Source: Collodictyon triciliatum (lineage: Eukaryota). Taken from it: a stretch of DNA of 49,226 bases. Positions 12,987 through 25,711 of the stretch are shown one piece after another. A program made the translations under genes and the position numbers. The stretch is taken from positions 1 through 49,226 of the forward strand of contig JBHJMP010000678.1 in the NCBI GenBank assembly GCA_043381765.1. Reading direction: 5' to 3'. Every line of letters starts with the position of its first letter. Positions within the stretch are counted from its first letter, which is position 1. Under the pieces are notes generated by a model, which was given only the letters and a program-made list of their open reading frames with translations, was not told the origin of the DNA and ran no database searches.

Positions 12987-14449
12987 GCGGAGGGTTCCAA
13001 CCTGTCGATGGGAGTGGTGATGGGGGATATGAGTTTTCTGGAAACCCTACTCAATAAAAGGCTCATGGTAGTGGTATGAACAGCAGATGACGTTTTAGAG
13101 ATGATAGCAAGAGCGATGTATTTGTGGTTTTATCCTGTATTCGAATGTTGTCATTGAGAGGTTTTATTTGATTCTATCTGATTGGAGTTTTGCATATATA
13201 AAGGATAGAAAGCTGGAGCACAGATAAGCGAATCCTCGATTGTTTGGAATGACTATTCGGGGGCCCCATTTGTACATATTACTGTTTGCGTTATTGTTGA
13301 AGAGGGTCGTGTTTGGATGGAGGGTTGTGGTTGGGATGTATGATCCCACCTCGAAGGCAAGGCTGTATGAAAGGAAGGGAAAGGAAAAGGGGTATGTGCT
13401 GACGTCATATTACTTTCCAACTCCTTCATCCACCATCTTCATCAAGAAAAGGTGGAGATTGCGACTCCGGTGAGATGCTTGCCTTTGCCGCCCCAACCCA
13501 ATTTGACAAAGTAGAGACGGTCAAGTATGAGAGTCTGCTTGACTCAACCAGATGCCGCACTTTGGCACTTCAAAGCATGCACAGACAAGGCTTCGCCCTC
13601 TTCCTCCTTCGTTTTTCTTTCCACTCTGATTCTTTCCTGCATCCACCAGACAACGAGCTTTCCTACTCGCAGGGCAGGCATTCGGTTCTACTGCTATCAT
13701 TCGCTCGCACTTACACCAAGACAAACTCACGCAACCGCTTTATATATCCACTCTACCACACATTACAAAAATGACACCGCAGCCACACAACCGAGCCTTT
13801 CGGGATGCGAACATCAACACAGCTGCGCACGTAAACGTCCACCTCTATCACCCCTCTTTTTTCTTTTTTTTTTTTTTTTCTCCTCCAATATTTCTTTTTT
13901 TTAATAGATATGGTGCGCGAGGTATTCCTCAACATCCATGGGTCTCCGCAAGTGCCCTCTTGTTCTTTTCGGGCTTTTCCTTTTTGCTCCGGGCTATCGG
14001 ATGTCGTCAATCGGCGGCTCGATTTTTTCTGTTCCTGGCAGCCGACCGGGTGTGATAATCATCACGTGTTGGTGTTTCCGGTGTGATTGTTGACCTCAAC
14101 TGCAACCGTCTCCTTTTACGAAGATGAAGTTGTGTCTTTACCCCAGGTATAGTAAAGGTTTCAGAGTTTATCATATATAATGTAATTTCCGTATTATTTC
14201 GTATCATAGTTGTTATTTAATCAATCAAATCTACTCCTTTAAAAAATATATGAGTAAATTATATAGATTCCGCATTTGAAAAGTACGATACCACCTTCAG
14301 AGAAACGTGATCTCTTATTTGACAGCATCGATCCCTTAAAAGCAAAGGGTAGCAAGTCTTCAGCAAAGTAAGATCGCGTTCGCTTCTGCCGGGCACCGAC
14401 ACTCCCTTTCGTTTCATAGTATCCCCTTCCACATCCAGGTCTTTAGAAG

Positions 14450-16536
14450 ATGGAAGACTTTGCAGCACACGACTCCGAGTCCGTCGTCCAAAATGCATCG
14501 CGGTTTCTCGAAGCCCTAGATTACAGGCACACCCAACGAGAGCTTCTACTCGACAAAGTTGTTGCCCAGTCAAATATGTTTTCTGTCTTCCACTAGCCGG
14601 TTTTTTTATTTTAATATATTTATTATCTCAATCTAGCGTGTTTTTTTTTTCGGACACATATTATATTGTCTATATCGACTCACATTCATGTCACAAACAT
14701 ACTTTTTCCCTCGCCTCTTGGCGCTGAAGTTACAACATGCCTGGCATTTTGTGCTTGCTTGTTATTCTATACACACCACTTCTGCTTGTTTCCTCCCTCA
14801 TACATTTTCCCCCTATACCATTCATATCTTCTGTTATCATGTATTCTCTCGATTTTTAGCCACTCATTGATTCCACAGATATCCGAACTGAGCGAAGAAC
14901 TCGATGCGGAAATAACCCAATCATCAGAAAATGCAAAAGAGCATGTTCGCAAGTTAAGGAGTGGCATGGTATCCCAGGTAAAAATTTGAACGTAGGATTG
15001 AGATGCTTTTTTTTTTCACTTTTGTTTGATTACATGTCTCCACCAAGGCCGATTTCGTAAAACATTATTTTACGTCAAACAAATGAATTCTATTATTTTT
15101 TTGATATTCTTTAAATACGAAATGTGATAAAAAACTATTTTCTTTTGGACTATGAGCGAATATAGTTTAATCGAAATATTATGCACACTTGTCTCAAAAT
15201 TTTGAAAATAACAAAATAACAAAGACTTTGATCAAAAGAAGTAATTTTGGTGGTGTTCGCTTGTATTGTTAAAATATCTATTCAAAATATTCTTATATTT
15301 TCCCAGAGATAATTATTGAAAGCTGAATTGTTTTAAGGTAGAAAACTAGTTCTGTTTTACTAATTCAAAAACAATATCGTGCGCAAGGCCCGTCTTCTGC
15401 GTTCGATTCACACAAAGAAACTGGCTTCCCAAGAGGTTGACACACAATTCATGTTGCGTCACTACCAGCGAGTGTCTGAAACTCCTCTTCATACCAACAG
15501 CAACCAGAAAGGGCAGATGCTCGATGCATACCGTGTATTTAGTACTGCAAATGAGAGAATAATCGACAACACTGATGCAGCAGGAAACATTCGAATTTAT
15601 ATGCCAAAGTCAATCAAAATCAGAACCACTGCCCTGAGTGAGTCTGAAGATGGCTCAGAATGGGTCAAGAGTGGATTCTTTACCATTAACAGAGACATAG
15701 GACCTCACAATCCAGGTCCCAGTATACTATCTGCTGGTAGCGGACCGACGAGAGCCTTTCGCACAGGAGTACCGCTTTCGCACCCTTTTGGAATCGCAGT
15801 TCATCCGACAACAGGAAACCTGTACGTCACAGACAAGGACAACCATTGCGTGCGTGTACTAGACCGTGACTTGAAGCTGCTCGAAACATTTGGTTCAAAA
15901 GGAAGTCTTATCGGAGAGTTTGATAACCCGCGCGGTATCTCCATCAGCGCTGATGGGGACTGGCTTGCTGTGGTAGAGTTTTTCAATCACCGGGTGCAAA
16001 TATTTCAAACATCAACAAATAAGGTGGTGAGGATCGTAAGCGAAAAGGGAGAGGCACCAGGGAAACTCACAAGCCCCACCGGAGTTGCCTTTGATTCCGA
16101 CAACTTTGTCTATGTGACAGATGAAGACAATCATCGGATTCAGAAATTCTCTCTTGAGGGCGAATTCGTCAAGGTTTTCGGGGAAGCTGGCAATCCTGGT
16201 GCTTGCAAAGACGGGCTGGGTATAGTCATCAACGATTTTTCTGAGGTTCTCGTGGCCCCTAGGTCCGAAAAGCTTATCAAGGCCTACACTCTAGATGGCG
16301 ACTTTCTGAGAGACATCACAATCCCTGGGAAGGGCGGCAACTGGAACTTTTTATCCCGCGGGCCAAGAGGCGGGTTCGTGCTTGGTGACTATGACAGCGG
16401 CAAGGTGTTTTTCGTGGATTCTGCTGGCTCTGTTATCCACGAAATGACAGCACCGAGTGCCTGTGGAGTTGCATTTGGTCCTGACCAGTCACTTTATGTC
16501 GTCCTCACTCGTTCAAGCGAAGTTCATAAATACTAA
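14450..16536 (+). CDS. Coiled-coil plus NHL-repeat beta-propeller protein (TRIM-NHL-like C-terminus; no RING or B-box seen)
   Basis: Exons about 14450-14557, 14879-14977 and 15388-16536 are in phase 0. NHL repeats: LSHPFGIAVHPTTGNLYVTDKDNHCVRV, FDNPRGISIS, LTSPTGVAFDSDNFVYVTDEDNHRIQKF. TAA stop. Confidence 0.85.
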
Positions 16537-16924
16537 AGAGAGGATACTTATAATTGGGGTTGTTGCTTCTCTTGGTCTAGTCTGGGGTTGTCTGGTTTGT
16601 GTCGGTTGGGCCCGCGCTCCACCCTTTCTTCCACTTTTGTTCATTAAACGGATTCCTCTTCTGTGCAGTCTGTTGTCTTTGTTAACCCGGCGCGCTTTAC
16701 TCGTTTGATTGCTTGTTGTTCAGTTATGTTTAAGGTTTTTGATGCGATGTGTGATCTCTGATGCGATGCATAGAACACGAGCCTCGATAGATTCGGCATT
16801 GCACTTACCCATGTTCCAAAAGACCGCATGATACTTGATTGCAATCCTTTGTTTTTTTACTTTTCATCTTATGTTTTATTTATTTTCTTTTATTAAAAAC
16901 ATAGCGCTTCACGTCAGCAGCATA

Positions 16925-19900
16925 ATGAGCAAGTCACCAACCTCTTCGAATGTGGGTGAACCGTCCAAAACAAAGACGTGGAGTCTGCCTTCGCTCAGCT
17001 CGCGCTCAGGAGACGTGGAACAAATGATAGCAACAACGGCAACTCCCGATCGGTTTATTTCCCCATCTTTCTGTTCTAAAGTGGTTCGCAGCTTTGATTT
17101 CCGTCTTTATTTATTTACTCTCTTTTTTTCGTTATGCTCCTTTTTTTTTTCTTCTATTTTTCTCCTTTTTTTTTTGTAGAGACTTTGTGGAGGAAACTGA
17201 TTTTTCAGCAGACATGTTTGACGACGCATATATCCCAAGGTTTGTAATGTGGTTCACATGCGCATCGTTTTTGTTTGTTATATCCATTTGTTTCTATTTG
17301 CTTTATTACCACCATCGCATAAGTGATATGAAAAAAACTAACCCATCGATATGAAAGGATAAAATTCTACACTTTACATCTCGATATATATATCTCATAT
17401 TTCTTTTGTTTTCGCAGGAAGGAATCGGTTATTCGATCATCCACAAACACAAAGTTCCGGGTCATTGGAAAGCTTGCGAGTAGCTTCAGCGAAAAGAAAG
17501 AAATCAATGCACTGAAAAACGAAGAGGCACAGATCGACCAAGATTTGCAGGGCCTGCATGACTTTCTGAATAGAATGCTCATTGCTCAAGACACTCTCCT
17601 TGATGTTAAAAGGAGGTACGCATGAATAACTGCTTCTTTTTAATTTAATTGAATCAGTAGACCTGTCACTTATATATATGTGAAAAATGTAAGGGACAAG
17701 ACCCTTATGTGCCCCTTAATTATCTTGAGAGAATGTAAACTGCAGTACATAATCATATGAAATTGCAATCATTTCTTCTGCTTGAAACATCTGTAGTGCA
17801 GAATCAATCGTTCAAAGGTCGCTACATATTCTCAAGACAGAGAGTGAGTTCAATATGCATATGTTTCGAAATAAAATAGAGCCAGAGTTAAAAAGACTAG
17901 GAGAGGCACTAAGGACCGAGGTATTTTAAGCACTCGAACGCCTCTTATCAAATTGTTGGATATGTAATGACATGAAAGAGTCGACATAAAATGAATTTGA
18001 ATATTGGTAAAATATGGGTAATTATTTGACAGATTACTAGCTACGAAACAATCAAAGACAACCACGAAATAACGCTATCGAAGCTTGCAAATGCTATTCA
18101 AGTCCTGCGCATGAGTGCTGCTGTTCGTCAAAAGATACAGGATAGTAAAGGCGAGTTTTTTTTTAGTGCTTATTATAATAGTAACAGTAACGGTTATAGT
18201 AATAATCATAATAATCAAAGAAACTTGAATCTTGTACCATTTTAAAACGAAAACCAAAAGATATAAAATAAATGGACGAATCATTATTCGAATATTTCAA
18301 ATTGACGGGAACTAATCATTTTCTCATTTAAACATACCTGCAGAAAAAATGTCCCAGGAGTTCTCGCAGTCACAAAGACAGATGGGATCAAATTCACCCA
18401 GCAAGGTGAGCCTACCTTCCCTGCAGCCGTAATCATTGTTAGAAACATCGCGAATCGGTTAGTTCCATGTCGAACCCATGCACGTTTTGTATGATTAGGC
18501 AGCAACTGAGTTATCAGAGAAGCTGGAACTCCACTTGGACATACTAAATAGTCTACGAGAACGCGAGAATAGAGAAAGAATTCGGTTAGCATCCCAGAAT
18601 GCACAACTTGCAAACGAGGTAATAAGCATAAAGTCTAGCTGGTAATTTAGTAAGGAAAAGGAGAAGGAAAAATAAAAAGAAAAGAAAAGTGCTTAATTGA
18701 TTTAGTGTTTGTACTCTTCTTTCTTCCTCCTTGATTAACTTCGTGTCGTTCTTCTATGATATTCAGGTCGACAGATTAAAGAATGAACTCAAGGATTCCC
18801 TCGAAGTTCAGCATTCTCTTAGTGAGTCGACCGAATGAGATTTCAAAAATGATATCATAGATTGCTTTATCAATCATGCGTTGTTAATTTCTTAATTACG
18901 TTTCAAACTGAATAGAAAACAAGATACGGGATTTAGAGGAATCATATACCACGTTTAAGGTCTGTGCCCATTCGACAGTGGACTTTTTCAATTTTCATTT
19001 ATTAATTAATTTTCTATTAATTTTGCGAATTATTGCGTGTTTCATTTTTATTGTAATTTTTTTTTCCATCTATAACATACCGTGATTAACATCAGATGGC
19101 CTTTTAATGTCTATAGGATACAAGGCTGCGAAAAAGAGATGGAGGGCAACATCAGGATGGCGAGTCAGCCGGAATAACGCCGACGACTCCGCAGTCGAGA
19201 TTTCCTAACGTTGCGCCATCACCCACACCAACTGACCCGTCAAACGTATATACCAACTCATAATCCTCTGTATGAACGTGTTTGTTTCCGTGGCTTCCTA
19301 GATAATGGAGTGACGTTTATATTATTGCACGGATGAAATTCAACACAGACCGTCCGGCCACTCTCCCGAATGACAACCGCATCTCAATCCTCGACAAAGT
19401 CTTACAAGGAAGTAAAATCAGTGAGTTTTCAATTTTTTTTTTTATTTTCTATTTTTACTTTCCGTCACTAATTTGGTGTTGCCACTTTGCCAACCATTAA
19501 TGAGTAAATAAAACGTTCAGAGATACTTAAACATTACAAAGAGCGAGCCCAATATGCGGAAAGAATCCAAAAATTCTGGACAAGCAAAGTCTCCTGGCGA
19601 AAACCAACCATACAGAAGCTCCAAAATATCAGCCAGGTTGTCTTTTAATTCAAAGAAATTGACCTTAATATTTGAGACCCTTGAATTTCTGTTCCATAAT
19701 ATAATACTTAAGCGTACATCTGGTTGCAGGGACTGTCAGAGAAATTCAGGACCGCCAGATTCTCAAAGGTAAGGATTCTACAAAATATGTTTTTTTGTAC
19801 GATCATTAGTTCAAAATCCTTCTATTCCGTGAGTAATCGATCTGTTTCATTACTCTCGCTAGAGAATGGTTCACAAATATCAAACAAAAACTTCCCCCGT

Positions 19901-22900
19901 GCATATGGGTTCGTGAGACATCACCGCTTCCAAGACCACAATCATTTCCGTTGATACAAAATCCTGGGAATTTATTCCGTAATTATATTTTTTTTGAAAC
20001 GAAGCAAAGAGCATACAAATAGATATTTTTATATATTCCTCTTCATTTTTACTAGTGTCACATACTGTTTATATAGTAAATAAAAATCAAATGATTTCTT
20101 ATCTTGAATTAATAAATATGAAGTCCAATTCACAAACCGGCGCTCTGAAGTGGATGCAGAAGTCAGTGACCTGGCTAAAAAGCTGGTTTCTATCCAGGAT
20201 ATATACACAAGTGTATGTAAATACCATTCATTCATTACTCGATGCGCAAAGCCAGTTCTGTGATATTTGGTTAATGAGTCTGAAGTCGCAAAACTTTCGT
20301 TTTTGTACATTTCATACCAACAGCAAAAATACATATCCTGGATTCACACTGCCGATGCTGTTTTGCATTCATTCTTCAGACTAATACAACCGACCGACCG
20401 AGAGGTTTCTTTCCAACATAGAGTATATAATATATCCCTCTGTAGTTGCTCTAACAGTAAACAAGATTTTATTTAAGATTTTGCCAAAATATATCATATA
20501 GACTCTGGCTCTCTTCAATCAGATTATTTGGGTGTATCACGATATAACCATGTTTTACATCGAGCACGGTATATTGTAATTTTCTTGGATATACTTTCAT
20601 ATGTGTGCTATGAAAGCAAAGACATGCACGCATCCTTTAAGGAAGTGTTCTTCATTAATGCTCTTTTCTTGTCATTTTAACCAGGTAACTACGAGTCGGC
20701 GAGTATAACCATCAGAAAGTTGGACAATCTAATCAGTGTATGGGGCTCAAGCCTACCCGATGAGTTAAAGTATATGGTTTCGAACATCATGGCTCTCGTG
20801 AATTTCTTGTAAGAATAAGTGATCCTGAATTTTATGATATCAATTATTACCGTCCTTTGGGGCTTAATTTATTGACAAAGATACTTAAATGCTTAATTGC
20901 TGTCAATTTAATTGAAGGAAGGAAAAGTACACACATGCGTTGATTCAACTTCAAAAGTCGTTCAAGATTATACATGGCAGAGTACTAACCTCACATAGAA
21001 AAAAAATTATTGCTGGCTCAATTGTTATGACATTCTTGGTAATCTGAACTCTGAGCTTAGTATATTCATAAATGTCTTCACTTTATATAGAGCTCGCTCA
21101 ACGTTCTGGAGACCCATATTCGATTTGCCTGCGTCTATCTTAATAGCAAAAAGTACTATTGGTTGATATAGATGTATAATTTAGAAAGTAAATACACCTG
21201 AATAATACAGTTCTGATAATTATTTTTGAGCCTTGCACTAAGTGATATGTAGTCAAGCAGAGTGCCTGAAGCATCTCAATTTCTCTCAACAGTTATGCGA
21301 AGACACGGAAAAACAAATAGCAAAGGGTAAGATACATTCTTATCTCTTTCTTGTTTTTGTTATGTTTTTTTTGTTTTTTTGTTTGTTTTTTGTTTGTTTT
21401 TTGTTTGTTTTTTGTTTGTTTTTTGTTTGTTTTTTGTTTGTTTTTTGTTTGTTTTTTGTTTGTTTTTTNNNNNNNNNNNNNNNNNNNNNNNNNNNNNNNN
21501 NNNNNNNNNNNNNNNNNNNNNNNNNNNNNNNNNNNNNNNNNNNNNNNNNNNNNNNNNNNNNNNNNNNNAAAAAAAAAAAAAAAAAACCAAAAAAAACCAA
21601 AAAAAACCAAAAAAAACCAAAAAAAACCAAAAAAAACCAAAAAAAACCAAAAAAGGAACCCTGGAAAAATGTGCGCAAACGATTGAAGCCTTTTAATAAT
21701 ACTAGTCCATACCGGAATTCATTTATACTTCATTCTTGCATAAATATGGAATGCAAGAAATTGCTGAAAAGGTGAGGGCTTTATCCGTAGGGTGGTTTAA
21801 CAATTTTCGTAACAGTGGCAACATTTTCCACTTTTTCTTCCCATTTTTGAAAAAAAAAATGTTATTTGAATCGTTTGTATCGATGTGTGTAGCACCTCTG
21901 TGAACTACTAGAATCTGTGCATGAAAATTCTGCAGAGAAAAGAATTCGCATGTTTGGGAGGTTCTGTGGATTGTTCGACAACCTACCCACCCTGTATCTA
22001 AATGTGTACCTGTATCCAACCAGCGACAAATATCAATACAGAGAACACAATTATTATGACTAGGTCTTTCATGATGTACCATCCCAATAATACTAACATT
22101 ATTACCAGATTTATCTCCTTGACTGAAAAAAAATGCACAAGACATTGCCTTGGAAAAGCAACGGCCGTGACAAATAGCATCAATATGGAGGATAGAGAAA
22201 CTGGACTGATTCTTCTTCTTACCCAGAGAGCTGTCGAAATTCTTCCGAGCCTCTCTTCTCGTATTTCTGGGTCAAGGCTCTTGAAGTACACAAATGATTA
22301 TAGCAAACTCACAATGTCCGACTAGGAGAGAAAAATGGTGGTATTTGATGAGAATATTTCTCAAAATACTTATATTTAGACTCAAGGAAGATATCGTTTC
22401 AAAATCCGTACCGCTACGAAGCTCACCGGAATCGATACTTGCGCATCTCCCCGAAGTTCGCTCAATGCTTTTGGTGAGAACCCAAAAACGCATTAATTAT
22501 AGGCACTCATTTATCTTTCAATACTAAATCAATGAGCAAATGAAAGGATTCCTTGACACAGCCAACTACATATTTGCCAAAAGTGGATACATCAATCAAA
22601 GTAATTTGCTCATAATGCCATTTTTTTTTTTATTAAAAAACAATAATGGTGATAAAAAAAATCCTTGTTTTCTTTGCCAATATAAACGCATATCAAATGT
22701 ACAAGGTAATTGAGTTTGACCTATTCATGGAACTGGTCTTTCTATACATGCGCATGGACTATGGAGATGAAAAAAAATATATTGACAAACTATTTTTGGC
22801 TGGGTAAGCATAATTTCCCCCTCGCTCATTTTGGTAGTCCCTCAGAGTCCATTCCTTCCAAACTCCACAATTAGATCCTTGACATTTTCCTTTCAAAATA

Positions 22901-23465
22901 TGACGTCATGCCTATTTAATTTTACCTACCTTCACATGTATCCGCATTTTAATATTTACATAGGGATTTTGATGGCGATGGTCAACTATGTTTCACAGAA
23001 TTCATGTCAATAGCTCGGCTTGTTGATCCATACTTGACTCCATCCCAGGTTTACATTATGCTACCAATGAACAAATGAATATGAATATGTTTCAGCTATT
23101 TCCACAAGGGATGAGAGGAGAATAAAGACATACATTGGTGTATGCAAAGCTAAAATGGTGTACTTTTGCAAAACATCCTGAACAACTTATATCGTCCTGC
23201 CACAAAATAAATTAATAATAAATGGACACACATCCAATTTTACTCTAATCCTGAGCGTTACTCAATACCCCAATATAACAGCTCTCGGAGCTCTATGATG
23301 GCGATCCTTCACGTTCAGAATACAAAATCAACTACAACAAATTTATGGTCATCGCAAAAGCAAATAACTTTTATCAGGTAGTGTATACGTCGTCAATTCC
23401 CTTCCCTTTTGCATAACATAGTCTTATGGTATTTCAAAATACTGAGTTGCTTTTTCCCATGTTTC

Positions 23466-23528
<63 letters not shown>

Positions 23529-24253
23529 GCCAGTCTTGGACACCATTGCCGAAGCCAGATGGAATTCCAGATATTCCGGTTTCAATTTACATCATAGTTG
23601 ATAACTACATAACCAAACTTCCATTCGTCTACCCAAATTTTAAAACTTTGGCAGATTTTCTCTGAATCCTTACTTATTAAATCCAAATATATGAATATAA
23701 CACAATATTCTGATAGCACAACGTGATAAGGTGTATTGAAGAGGCTTGGTCCAATTCAAAGAGTCTGTTTGATAGAGAGGTGCAGCAATTAGAGGATGTT
23801 AATTTTCCAGAATACCGCAAATGGGTGACTTCGCTATGTAGTCGCAGGGCCATATTTGAACAAGTTTGTTTAAAAGGATCCAATGATTGTTTCTTTGCGA
23901 TTGAGATATGCGATTTCGTTGGAAATGTTTTGGAATATTTATTTATTCGAGTCCACCAATAGATTCTCTCCTCCAGAACCGATTCGGAAAAGATATGGCT
24001 TATGTATAGACTTCTCACCTGTGAAATTCTGCTGTGTAGAAAAATAAGGCTCTCACAAACAAGACAGGACAGAGCAATCGCATCAAAGTTTGTTGAGGTT
24101 AGAACGTCACACACTTGATAGAATTCGGACATGCATTTTGCCTGGAAAATTAAGAATCGAATACTTTTGTCCATCAAAACGTGTCAAATAAGCACTAAAT
24201 TTATTTACATATGCGATCCATAGGTGATAGAACTCCTTCCTCCTGTTCTGTAA
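16925..24253 (+). CDS. Large coiled-coil / IQ-like / TPR-like / EF-hand protein A (may be two genes across the gap at 21469-21568)
   Basis: About 28 short exons splice in frame. IQ-like AERIQKFW; TPR-like NYESASITIRK and KEKYTHALIQLQKSFKI; IPEFIYTSFLHKYGMQEIAEKHLCELLES...RIRMFGRFCGL (reminiscent of TSNAXIP1-like flagellate proteins, from memory); EF-hand DFDGDGQLCFTEF. TAA at 24251-24253. Confidence 0.75.
21362..21654. repeat. (TTTTTTGTTTG)n and (AAAAAAACCA)n repeats flanking an assembly gap
   Basis: Directly visible on both sides of the 100-N gap. Confidence 0.9.
23467..23528. repeat. (TTA)n intronic microsatellite next to a 3' splice site
   Basis: Directly visible; followed by GCCAG|TCTTGG. 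Confidence 0.95.
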
Positions 24254-25258
24254 AAAACTTTGTTTTCCTTTTTTCTAAAATATTGCCCTATCTTAAAACC
24301 AGGAGCACATGCGTCAGCGCAAGTAGCATTTTTTTTTATTTTTAATAAAATAATCAAAATTAGAATCAATGGTAGTTCTTATGAGGCCACCAAAGAGCCT
24401 TTTCATTTTAGTTGTGTTTTATTAGCTTAACGCTCGTTGGTACCCTATGAAGTTCTCTATTCGGAATATCAAATGCATTTACAAGAAATTCACAATATGT
24501 AAATATATTGTGTGGCTGGAAAGGCACATTCACATTGCTACAGTCGAAATGGAGTTCCATTAAAAGTTTATTGCATAATCGGCTATCGATTGTCCACTAA
24601 ATGAACCATGTTTTCAAAAGACGACATCTAGGACTCACGTAGGTCTCTTCAAAGGGATTTCCTTGTATGTGCAACACTAAAAATATCTTGAATGTCAATA
24701 GAAAAAGAAATACTTTTGTGCAAATTTTGGTTTTACTCATAAATCATGTTATATTCGAAAAAATCACTTTTGCAATTATTACCATCCCAATTTATTCGGG
24801 CTCTTTCCAATCAACATGGCGCATAAACATTCCCCAAACATCTGTTTTCTCAGATATTGTATAAATTGGGAATATATCTTTGTTTCGCAGCGGGACAGCC
24901 GCGGTCGGTACAAACTCGCAAATGGCGGACTCAGACATTGTTTCTCGAACTCTTTCGGTAGCCTTTGTTTGCATGAATACCATGTTCAATTGATTAGGAT
25001 TGTTCTAAATGATAAGACTTTAATAATTTTATTGCATGCACCATAAAAAACTACATATGTATGAATGTCGCATGGCACAACTGAATAAATAAAAATGCTT
25101 CAACTTGCGCACTAGAATAGTATTGTATTTTCATTTTCGTACATAAATAGCATTCGCACTCGAGCAATTAAGTATCCAAGTAACTAACGATACTGGCGGT
25201 TTAAGTTTGGTTTGATTAGTTAAACAAAAAAATTTTTTTATTTAAAAAAGCAGAAGCA

Positions 25259-25351
25259 TTAGAGCAGAGACACTTTAGAGTCCCGGAAAAACTCCTTCAG
25301 TGCATTTCTGATTATTCATAAGCGATGTTGATTTAATCATTTTTCATTTCA

Positions 25352-25382
<31 letters not shown>

Positions 25383-25675
25383 CAAAACAAAACAAAACAA
25401 AACAAAACAAAACAAATTCAATCAAAACAGTAATCATAAAAACTGATATAGAATGAAAGATTACTAGGGTTCCCGTAACAATCACATAAAAATTTGTCAG
25501 AGCCTATGTTGATAAAATATTGGTTATGTGTTATGACGAGTTGTAAATACATGAAAATCTAAAGGATTGCAATACGTATGAGACCACATCCAAAAGCAAC
25601 ATACACTTTGATAAAGGGGGGCAAAGAACTCATTTGATTTCATGTTTGTTTGTTTGTTTGTTGTTGTTGTTGTTT

Positions 25676-25711
<36 letters not shown>

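Noticed and set aside
22012-22020. U12-type introns (GTATCC donors at 22012 and 35710)
   Set aside because: They read GTATCCAA and GTATCCGA rather than GTATCCTT, and no TCCTTAAC branch site is visible. The full RTATCCTT matches I found are on the non-coding strand or inside introns.
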